In this document: positions 7,346-15,850 of the stretch, one piece after another | How positions within the stretch are numbered: the stretch's first letter is position 1 | How the letters are laid out: each line of letters opens with the position of its first letter | DNA from: an uncultured Gammaproteobacteria bacterium | GTDB taxonomy: Bacteria > Pseudomonadota > Gammaproteobacteria > DSM-16500 | Assembly (NCBI GenBank): GCA_963719645.1 | Contig: CAVRCT010000001.1 | Span: 509,644-573,643, forward strand | DNA: 64,000 nt | Direction of reading: 5' to 3' | The notes under the pieces: generated by a model | The model's input: only the letters and a program-made list of their open reading frames with translations | Told to the model about the DNA's origin: nothing | Databases searched by the model: none | Position numbers and translations under genes: made by a program

Positions 7346-10300
7346 ATGGATTCAAAACGGCAACCTTCCGTCAAACAAGAGAAGCCTACTTTTCTCAATA
7401 GCCCTGCAGGCAAACTGATTAAGACGCTGCTGGATGCGATTCATGTTGCGCAAAAAGAACTTGATAAAATAGCTCATCCAACACCGACAGAGAAACATGA
7501 ATTAAAAGAATTTCTTAAGTACCTAGAGGATACTGTTTCACGCGTTATTTCAATGTTGTCTCACTTTGATAATCAAAATATTCCCTGGTTATTGACCTTT
7601 GTCGATATTGTACTAGATGGATTTAAAATATATAAACAGTTCGATATAAAACGTCCTCTTTTTGAAGACAGCCGCATCATTGGACACCCGATCATTTCTC
7701 GCCTTGCCGCTGCAGTTTTACCAACAATAAAAGAATTTCCGCCCACTTTAAAAGAATTCATGCCTTTCTTAAATCCACAGGCTCTTCATGCTGTCGAAAG
7801 TGTATTAGATTATGATATGACAAAAAAAGCATTGGATCTTGATAACTCTCCTTCCTTTGAACAACATTCCGAGGGAATTACAAATACAGAAAGACCTTAT
7901 CGCTATCTCTTTTGTGAGAACGAAAACCTTCCTGATGAAATGCTTATCTTAGCGGTTGCAGAACCAACACCGGAAGTCATCGCTTCACTGAGAGGAGACG
8001 TTGAATTAATATCGATTTCGGATGTAGTCACTGAAGAAAATCTCGCCGAATTAGAATTCAAATCTAACGCCGCCTATGTGCGCTGCAAAATGTTTTTGAG
8101 CAATGACATAATAACAGAGCGGCTTTACTATATAGACCATCATTTTAAGACATATGCACTATTAGAAATGTCTCAGGAAGAACTGCAAGAACTCGATCAA
8201 GAATTAAAATTAGAAACAGACAGTCGAAAAAAATTAACTACCGATCAATTAAAAAAAATAATGACAGTAACGCCTTATCATCTCCGCAGTTTTGATTTAC
8301 CTTTCTTGCTCACTTGGGACAAAAAATTTTGGTTTTACGCCAACGGCAAAGAAGGAAAATGGTCATTCACAGCAGCGAATTCTGACGTATGTCAATGTTT
8401 ACCTTTTACGCCGGGGAAAATGGTATTTTTAAAAACTAAAAATTTACCTACAAAACTGCTAGTAGCCGTCACACCACCAAAAACCAAAACCCTCGATGAT
8501 GCAATGATGACTTCTATAAGAGGAAATTGCGAAATAGTGTGTCTGCCAAATATTGTGCGGGAAAGAGACGTTGAAAAATTAACATTCGAATCGAATGCCG
8601 CTTATATTCGTTGTAGAATGATTCTCAGCGATGAAAAAGCAGAAGAAACAGTTGTTACGGAACAACTCTATTATCGCGACAAACCACTTAAAACGTTTCA
8701 ACGGTTCCAAGACTTAGATGATGAAGCACTACACGCTTTCGATAAAGCGTTAGAACTCACGACCAAGACACGGCGAATTTTACTGCCTATCGATTTAAGA
8801 ATGATTGATAGAAGAACGCCCCCTCATGACAGAAGCGTTGACAACCATTGGCCGATATTGCTGAAACATGAGAAAGAATTCAGTCTCTATGAATACGATT
8901 CTAAAAGCCAGCGTGGTGAATTTACTCCAGTGAATGCCCTTGTTTGTAAAAAAATTAGTTTTCCTGCTGTCAATAAGATGGCAATGTTAGACTACACCGA
9001 CAGTCAATCGCCGCCGTTATTTCCTGTGTTTCAAGAAATTCATGCGAAAAAAATTCATAATTACGTTCCTATAATTATCGATGCAGATGCGCATTATGAA
9101 GGTTTTGGGCAAAGCCTGATGCATTATTTGCAAGATTTTCGTAGTATGAGCAACTCACCCCATCAAACTATTCTTGAGCAAATAAACACGTGGCTTAAAT
9201 CATTTATTAAACCCGATGATCAAGCAATCATTGAAGATGAATTCAAACAAATGCCAGATTTTATGCCACATAATTTGATGGTTGTGCCCAACGAATTTCA
9301 TTTAGATAAACATTTGTTATCCACTATCTCTTGCACCAGTTTTATTCGTCATCGTGATGGAATTTATTTATATGATTGTGACAGCCAGCGACTTCATGAG
9401 ATGAAGATGTCGGTTTCTCTGCAAGCTTTTGACGAACAATTTAAAACAAAAAACACTTCTCAACCGAATCCCATGATATCCATTACGCTTCCTTTGGATA
9501 AGCCATTAACATCGGAACTCCTTGAAAAATACTCCACCCTGGCTCCACCCTATAGGATTTATCCGATGAAGACTCAATTTACACAGGATTATAAATCCAT
9601 TGGAGATATTCCCGACTATAAAAAATTAGAAACTGCTGGACTACTCTCTTTTAAGAGTACTCCTTTTTATTTACGTTTTTTACTCGGAAAAGGAAAGAAA
9701 AAAGACACCCTCATCTACCGTGTTTTTTCTCGTCAAAAAGAACCTATCGAGGGAGAAATTTCACTAACGGATTTAAAACAGCAATTAAAAGAAAAATATT
9801 CGAATTTTGCGCCACTGTTGGCTAATTTTCCCATCCCAAATAAATCGATGCCTAATCAATTTAATCGCCAATTCTCGCCTTATTTAGCCGATTTTATTGA
9901 AATAGCTGCCAAGAGAGGTCATGTCTCTCCTCTGCAAAAACCTGTCATTGTACGACAAATCGATGAAGGCCCAGATCCTCACCCAGATTCGACCATCATT
10001 TCAGTCTTTGACTACTCTCCTGAAGAAAAAACATGGCGCGTCAAAAAGCTTGGTCTACACGAATTGCCCGAAAAAATGACAGCACCATCCTATCAAGGTC
10101 TATTTGTTTATGGTGTAGATGAAGCAGTTCGCCGAGAGATTGCACTTTGTGGTGCACACAGAGAAAACTTACCCTCATTAAAAGAAACAACACCCAATAT
10201 CGCCTATAGAAGACTTGCTGATAGCGAGATCAATGAATTGCAACAAATGATGCAGTTTTCAGCCAAAACAAATAAGCCGTTTGATCTCATTTATAGATGG

Positions 10301-11488
10301 TATGAAGCTTACCTTAACGTTTTTTCGCAAAACAACATCACTCTTCTTTATCAACCATTTTTGAAAAATCCACAGGGTTGGCTGGAGAAAGTAAAAAAAA
10401 TGAATCACTCTCAGCGCCAAGTTGAAATGAAAGCAGTTGCTGCGCCTGATGCACCTCTGCAAGCAACTATTACAAAAGGAAATGATGCAAAGGAAGAAGT
10501 CAAAGCAGCTCCTGCCTCTTCGTTACCTGCTGAAATTTTCCTAGCAGTACCGGCAACAGAGGCTGTAAACATACTGGATGCTAATATGGAAAAGAAGCAA
10601 GAAGCTACTCTATCGGAGAGTGCTTATGAACAATCTTCTGCATCCTATTGTACAGATGACGATGTGGATAAAATGTTTGCGGAAATCCATGCAGCGCTTG
10701 CTGAAGAACAGCGTTCACAAGAATCCCCATCTTCACAAACAGAAAAGGCGACTTCTTTAAGCAGCGACTTAACACCGTCTCTTCTTCCACAAGTGAGAAA
10801 AGAACTGAGTGAGGAAGACTTCACTCGGTTGATGAAAGAAAATGAAAACAGACCTACTCTTATAGAGACAACACCCCAAGAAGCTTCGTCACCCGCTCAA
10901 ATTGAATTAAACGAAGCGAAAAGAGGAGAAGAAAAAGCCTCTTCATCGAACGGCATTTCCGGCTCTTCTGCAACGTTAGTATTGAAAACCCCGCATTTCC
11001 CCAGCACGATGGGATTGTCAAAGCAATTAAATTTTAAGCAAGAGACAAACTTTCACGGCAAAAATTCGAATGGATTTTTTTCAGGCACGTTTGGTGGATT
11101 CTGCTGCGGATATGGATTGATTAGCTCTGTTGTCATTTATGCGCTGGCTTCTGCTGTAGCCAGCGCACTGACGTTGGGGATAGCGATAGGATTAATATTA
11201 TTTGGCACGGCTATTATCTTGACGCTTCGCGCACGACATCTGGAAAAAAGACCTTTAATCACGGCGAAATCTTCTTCGCCATCTTCTTTCACTCAAGGCA
11301 GATGTACTTCGAGAATGTGGCGCGCGCTTGGCTGCACGCGTCAACAACTTATGTGTGTCACTGCGCAAAGTGATGCAACTGTTGCAGAGCAGACTTCTCT
11401 TGCTAAAGATCGACAGGAAAATCTCCCTAGAGAAGAGATCAGAGAAGAAGCGTATTCATCTGCTAATTTTCGTCGAATAAAAACGTAG
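7346..11488 (+). CDS. Large orphan protein (1380 aa) with internal ~150-aa duplication, C-terminal bilobed hydrophobic domain and acidic tail; effector-like
   Basis: Long uninterrupted ORF. Repeat modules: residues ~200-330 (LILAVAEPTPEVIASLRGDVELISISDV...FKSNAAYVRCKMFLSND...ERLYYIDHHFKTY) and ~365-515 (LLVAVTPPKTKTL...IRGNCEIVCLPNIV...FESNAAYIRCRMILSDE...EQLYYRDKPLKTF). Hydrophobic FFSGTFGGFCCGYGLISSVVIYALASAVASALTLGIAIGLILFGTAIILTL. No family recognised. Confidence 0.75.
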   Translation: MDSKRQPSVKQEKPTFLNSPAGKLIKTLLDAIHVAQKELDKIAHPTPTEKHELKEFLKYLEDTVSRVISMLSHFDNQNIPWLLTFVDIVLDGFKIYKQFDIKRPLFEDSRIIGHPIISRLAAAVLPTIKEFPPTLKEFMPFLNPQALHAVESVLDYDMTKKALDLDNSPSFEQHSEGITNTERPYRYLFCENENLPDEMLILAVAEPTPEVIASLRGDVELISISDVVTEENLAELEFKSNAAYVRCKMFLSNDIITERLYYIDHHFKTYALLEMSQEELQELDQELKLETDSRKKLTTDQLKKIMTVTPYHLRSFDLPFLLTWDKKFWFYANGKEGKWSFTAANSDVCQCLPFTPGKMVFLKTKNLPTKLLVAVTPPKTKTLDDAMMTSIRGNCEIVCLPNIVRERDVEKLTFESNAAYIRCRMILSDEKAEETVVTEQLYYRDKPLKTFQRFQDLDDEALHAFDKALELTTKTRRILLPIDLRMIDRRTPPHDRSVDNHWPILLKHEKEFSLYEYDSKSQRGEFTPVNALVCKKISFPAVNKMAMLDYTDSQSPPLFPVFQEIHAKKIHNYVPIIIDADAHYEGFGQSLMHYLQDFRSMSNSPHQTILEQINTWLKSFIKPDDQAIIEDEFKQMPDFMPHNLMVVPNEFHLDKHLLSTISCTSFIRHRDGIYLYDCDSQRLHEMKMSVSLQAFDEQFKTKNTSQPNPMISITLPLDKPLTSELLEKYSTLAPPYRIYPMKTQFTQDYKSIGDIPDYKKLETAGLLSFKSTPFYLRFLLGKGKKKDTLIYRVFSRQKEPIEGEISLTDLKQQLKEKYSNFAPLLANFPIPNKSMPNQFNRQFSPYLADFIEIAAKRGHVSPLQKPVIVRQIDEGPDPHPDSTIISVFDYSPEEKTWRVKKLGLHELPEKMTAPSYQGLFVYGVDEAVRREIALCGAHRENLPSLKETTPNIAYRRLADSEINELQQMMQFSAKTNKPFDLIYRWYEAYLNVFSQNNITLLYQPFLKNPQGWLEKVKKMNHSQRQVEMKAVAAPDAPLQATITKGNDAKEEVKAAPASSLPAEIFLAVPATEAVNILDANMEKKQEATLSESAYEQSSASYCTDDDVDKMFAEIHAALAEEQRSQESPSSQTEKATSLSSDLTPSLLPQVRKELSEEDFTRLMKENENRPTLIETTPQEASSPAQIELNEAKRGEEKASSSNGISGSSATLVLKTPHFPSTMGLSKQLNFKQETNFHGKNSNGFFSGTFGGFCCGYGLISSVVIYALASAVASALTLGIAIGLILFGTAIILTLRARHLEKRPLITAKSSSPSSFTQGRCTSRMWRALGCTRQQLMCVTAQSDATVAEQTSLAKDRQENLPREEIREEAYSSANFRRIKT

Positions 11489-11614
11489 TGAGATACAGGA
11501 CTGCTTAGCCCCCCTTTTCTCATGCAGCTTGATTGGCTGTAAATTCAGATATGAATATATAGTCAAAAAAATGTTAAAATTAGAAATAGCTACCACAAAA
11601 TAAAGAGGCTCCTC

Positions 11615-12934
11615 ATGACATCATCATCTAATCAACGTCAAGCTATCACTGACGCCATCAATGAGCATATCCGCGAAACAATTACCTCGAGCGATCCCAA
11701 AATCACGCGATTAGCCGAACAAAAAGACCTTCAAAAAGGTGCTGTCAGATTTTGTTTTTTTGAATTTCATGATAATGAATGGTCGTTTCAGCTTGCTAAT
11801 GAATTAGTGAAAAAATTTGATATTGGTGTCATTGGGTTAGAGCATCCTATCCAGCGAACCGGCTATTTTGAACAAGATAATTATGGAGGCGATTTAGAAA
11901 CAGGCATAGATTATGATGCGCTTGATGACGAGAAAATGAGTGATGATGAAATAGAGCTCAACGTGGCATATTCACGTGCATTAACAACATTTGCTAAATC
12001 ACTTAAAAAAACAGCACCGCTTGTTTGCATAGATCTTGCGACGGAAGAGGAAGAGATACTCTGTAGCAAGCCTGCGATAAAAAGCTATATAACAGATACT
12101 GCTAAAAAATTGCCGCCCAATACTTATGATAAGTATGGTGCTGTCAGCATTCTCAGAGATTCATTGCGTAATCAATTTATGGCGCATACTATTTCTTATT
12201 TTACGTCGGCGCCGATGTCATTAACGATTACTGGCGCAGCTCATAAAAAAATTGTTGATGCATTATATGCGATTGAAAATAATGTGATTCCTATTCTCAT
12301 TAAATTTACCCTTTCAGAGTTAACGAATGCCATTGGCATTACTGTCGAAAATTACACTCCAGAAAAAAATGCAAATTTCTTACAAATAGTGTTGTCGGTA
12401 CCCGCTTTTGATGAATGCGATCCTCAACTTTTTAAAATGCTGATTGATGAGATAGCGAGTCCAATTACTCGATATCTTCAGCGGAGAAAAGAGGGAGTTC
12501 TTGAACCGGAAATCTCATTTCGCAAAATGATTTGCTTACCTGCACCTAAACCAAAAACATCTGGACATGCAGGAGATACAAAAAGTTCAGCAAGCTCATC
12601 GAGCTCTTCTTCAAGTTCTTCTTCGAGCTTTTCTTTGAACTCTTCTTTGAACTCTTCTTTGAGCTCTTCTTCGAGCTCTTCTTCAAGCGCGGCTCATGCA
12701 GCTTCAGATAATTCTGCAGCCCCAGGTGCTTCTTCTTCAGAAACATTGAAAATTGTATCAAAATCTACATTGCCTTTGGGCTTTGCTAAAAAACAAGAAA
12801 AATCTTCGAGTTCTTCAGAAGACGCATCAGATAATAAAAAAATATCTGGGCACAAGAGAAAAGAACATCCTGAAGCAGATCGAGATAATCAGAAACACAC
12901 TAAGCCCGGGTACAACCCATACGCGTCAAGCTAA
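11615..12934 (+). CDS. Orphan protein with C-terminal poly-serine low-complexity region
   Basis: 439-aa ORF with AGAGG RBS-like sequence upstream. SSASSSSSSSSSSSSFSLNSSLNSSLSSSSSSSSS tract encoded by imperfect tandem repeats (about 12590-12700). The last codons and stop lie inside the flanking palindromic repeat. Confidence 0.7.
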   Translation: MTSSSNQRQAITDAINEHIRETITSSDPKITRLAEQKDLQKGAVRFCFFEFHDNEWSFQLANELVKKFDIGVIGLEHPIQRTGYFEQDNYGGDLETGIDYDALDDEKMSDDEIELNVAYSRALTTFAKSLKKTAPLVCIDLATEEEEILCSKPAIKSYITDTAKKLPPNTYDKYGAVSILRDSLRNQFMAHTISYFTSAPMSLTITGAAHKKIVDALYAIENNVIPILIKFTLSELTNAIGITVENYTPEKNANFLQIVLSVPAFDECDPQLFKMLIDEIASPITRYLQRRKEGVLEPEISFRKMICLPAPKPKTSGHAGDTKSSASSSSSSSSSSSSFSLNSSLNSSLSSSSSSSSSAAHAASDNSAAPGASSSETLKIVSKSTLPLGFAKKQEKSSSSSEDASDNKKISGHKRKEHPEADRDNQKHTKPGYNPYASS

Positions 12935-13323
12935 GGAAATTTTCTTAGCACACTTTCACCCACAGAGCTTAGGTATTCCTCCGCTGTGTCGTCCTGAAAA
13001 ATCTTACGCCCGAATTATTTGACCGTAGTTATTGTAGTAGCGCGTAAGATTTATTCAGGATCCACGAACGAAGAACTGATTCTGGAATTTTTATGGATCA
13101 ATGATACTCAAGTGGATCCTGAATAAATATTCCGTGCGAGTACTATCGCTACGGTTAAAGTACGTTGACGTCATATTTTTCAGGACGACGCATGGGTGGA
13201 ATTTGCGTCGATCCGTCAGCCCTGTGGGCATAGGCGTCAAGCTGCTGTGTCGTCCCGCGCTAAAAGCCGCGCGGGACGACATAGCGGAGGCTTGTGTAGA
13301 TCCTTAGCTTGTGACGCGTATGG
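12917..13323. repeat. ~400-bp multi-level nested palindrome
   Basis: Paired arms, outermost to innermost: CCATACGCGTCAAGCTAAGG (12917-12936) / CCTTAGCTTGTGACGCGTATGG (13302-13323); CCTCCGCTGTGTCGTCC / GGACGACATAGCGGAGG; TGTCGTCCTGAAAAAT / ATTTTTCAGGACGACG; CGCGTAAGATTTATTCAGGATCCAC / GTGGATCCTGAATAAATATTCCGTGCG. There is also an embedded family C hairpin GTGTCGTCCCGCGCTAAAAGCCGCGCGGGACGACA. Confidence 0.85.
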
Positions 13324-13579
13324 CCCTTGCGGGGGAAGACATTCGAAGCAAAATTTCCTTAGCTTGAGGCTCATGGGATACAACCATAACCTTACCTATA
13401 AGTACAGTTGCAATACTTGTGACTCTGCAAAATTTGACCCCATACAAAACCTGGTTTACTTTGTCTATAATATTGCCCATGATGTAAAGATATGCTAAAT
13501 ATATAGCCAATTTTAAATTATTATTTCGCAAGAATCACACAGAGGCTCAATCATAGATTCAAGACCTAAAAAAAACTTA

Positions 13580-15191
13580 ATGCCCAGTAAAAAACATCCC
13601 CGCGACGAGGAATTGAAAGATGGGAATGAGCTCCCCACTAAACGTACAAAACGAGCAACGTATCAAGGTTCTTATAAAGAAAACTCTGGTTCTGGTTCTG
13701 ATGTTGAGATGGATGATAGCGACAGTGAAGAAAAAAAAAGACGCTGTGACAACGCCTAAAAAAGTAAAAAGCAAAAAAAGAAAGAGGCATGCTTTCAGCA
13801 CAACTGCTTTAGAAACCCCCGCTCCGGGTTTTAAAGCAACACTCCACTCAGAAGCCGCGTGGCCTACTGAGGGTGAAAAAAATGAAACTATTATAAAATT
13901 AACGGTCGGAAGCTCCTTCGACAGAAACAAATATGACAAGGCACTTATTGCGGCTAGACAAGCATATATCGATGCCAATCAAGTACCGCCGTTACCGGAA
14001 ATTGAGGAAGAATATAAAACCGGAATTTACAAACTTGCAATTTTTAACACAAGAAATAATAAGTTCTGCAAATATTCTTTCGCCGATAGAAATCTGCTGG
14101 GCTATATTAGGGCCACTGTCAAAAGAAAGAATAGTAGTAACTTGTTTGAAGCGAAAGGTAAACCCACTGAGAAACTAAAAGCTAAAATTATGCAGTTATT
14201 GAAAGGAGAGGCGCTGGGTACTAAAAAAGGCTCGAAGAAAAAAGAATTGGCTGCAGAAGTTGACACATTGCAGGGAGAAGAAAAAGAACAATATTTGCGT
14301 GCAATTCGATTTGCTGAGGTATGGGTTAATGAATTTTCATCGTTAAGAAATGCCGGTAATGCGCCGAAGAAAAAATCTAAATCTAAATCTGACTTTGTTG
14401 CAAAAGATTCTACAACATTAAGTTCTTCTAGTTCTTCTAGTTCTTCTAGTTCTTCTAGTTCTTCTAGCTCTTCTAACTCTTCTAGCTCTTCATCAGGTAA
14501 ATTTGGGGGCAAAGTGTCGGCGCGCTCAAGCTACAAGACTAAATTCAACTCTCAACCTACCATTGGATTTGAAAATAACACGGATTCTGTTGCAGATGAC
14601 TCTGCTAGATTAAGCTCCTCTAATTCCTCATCGAGTTCTTCGTCGAGTATGACAGCAGCAGCGCAACATCAGAAACAATCTAACCAAAGCCCGTTCGATT
14701 ATTCAGACGGCGATACTGCAAATACCCCAAAAAGGTTCGGGTTTTTTAGTTCATCTAGCTCTTCTAGCTCTTCTAGTTCCTTATCTAACGCCATAGAGGA
14801 AGCTTTGCTGTTTGGAGAGATGGACTTTTACGAGGACAACACTAATAGTTCTTCGTCTAGTTCTTCGTCCATTGCGCCTCTTTTTCCATCTTCTCCGATA
14901 GATTCGTCTCATTCCTCGACAGCAGGCGTCATGCAAGCAATGTCAGCTAGTCCTGCTAGACCAGCACGCTCAAATAGTTTTTCTGATAATCCAGTTTATA
15001 ACTCACTCAGTTCAGCATATTCATCTCACCCAGGATACTGCTTTTCTGATTCATCTCCTTACCCAATCGAGCCAATCGAACAACCCGAACCAAAATGGGA
15101 AAGGAGTCTTAGCGGCAATTCAGCCAATAACGATGAAATGCTAGAAGATAGCAAAGATGCAAAAGTTGATAAGACTTTCAGACCGTACTAG
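13580..15191 (+). pseudogene. Ser-rich, basic-cluster (NLS-like) orphan protein split by a frameshift at an A9 tract (or phase-variable/slippage gene)
   Basis: ATG 13580 gives MPSKKHPRDEELKDGNELPTKRTKRATYQGSYKENSGSGSDVEMDDSDSEEKKRR, stopping at 13757-13759. After A9 (13731-13739) the track ORF frame (13620..15191) reads KKKKDAVTTPKKVKSKKRKRHAFS... An A8 tract would fuse both into one ~536-aa ORF. The first ~35 aa of the track ORF (MGMSSPLNVQNEQRIKVLIKKTLVLVLMLRWMIATV) look like out-of-frame reading. Confidence 0.55.
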
Positions 15192-15214
15192 AAGATGCTA
15201 TTGGGGTCATGCCT

Positions 15215-15364
15215 CAATGGCACTCGCTTAAGAACTGTCGTCCCGGAATTTACTGGCGCTTAATGAGCGCCTTTTGCGAATTTAGCGCCAGTTAATATCC
15301 GGGATCCATTTTGCTTAAAGCACATAAGACGTAGGTTGGGTTAAGCGTCAGCGAAACCCAACAT
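15215..15364. repeat. Family A1 unit plus family E hairpin
   Basis: CAATGGCACTCGCTTAAGAACTGTCGTCCCGGAATTTACTGGCGCTTAATGAGCGCCTTTTGCGAATTTAGCGCCAGTTAATATCCGGGATCCATTTTGCTTAAAGCACATAAG, followed by GTTGGGTTAAGCGTCAGCGAAACCCAAC. Confidence 0.85.
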
Positions 15365-15532
15365 TTCCTCCCTGTATCCGCTTAAAAAAGACAATTACAG
15401 ACTTTTTTATCATCAAATGACTTATTTAGCACATTTATTGCAGATTGCAAATGAGTGAGCTTTCATATATAATTATCTTAATTAGGACAATTAAATTATA
15501 TTAATTCATTAAATGCTCTAAAGGAGTCAATT

Positions 15533-15850
15533 ATGAATACAATCTCCACCCCGCAAGAACTGGAGTTACAGCTAGGAGAACACATAAAAACCCTGCGCCT
15601 ACAGAAGAACATCAATCGACAAACACTCTGCTATCAAGCTGGGATTAGCGAAAATGCACTGAGACATCTTGAGGGAGGACAAGGAGCAACCATCAAGACA
15701 CTCGTGCGAGTGATTAAGGCACTGGGCCAAGAAAATTGGCTAGCCAGTTTAGCACCACGCGTCAGCATCAACCCTCTACACATGGTTCGAGAAAAACATC
15801 CCCGACAACGAGCAAGCAGAAGGTCGCATGAAAAAAACAAAGAAACCTGA
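15533..15850 (+). CDS. hipB: XRE-family HTH antitoxin, HipB-like
   Basis: 105 aa, AAGGAG RBS. HTH LGEHIKTLRLQKNINRQTLCYQAGISENALRHLEGGQGATIKTLVRVIKALG. Overlaps the hipA start by 23 nt. Confidence 0.8.
   Translation: MNTISTPQELELQLGEHIKTLRLQKNINRQTLCYQAGISENALRHLEGGQGATIKTLVRVIKALGQENWLASLAPRVSINPLHMVREKHPRQRASRRSHEKNKET

Noticed and set aside
12546-12761. Antisense ORFs opposite the poly-Ser tracts (12546..12761, reading KKSSKKSSKK; 14102..14512, reading EELEELEEL).
   Set aside because: These are mirror-image reading frames of the TCT/AGC repeat DNA. The sense-strand ORFs are far longer and continuous.
15440-15532. Search for HipB operator dyads (TATCC-N8-GGATA type) upstream of hipBA.
   Set aside because: No convincing dyad is visible in the AT-rich promoter region, so no operator was called.
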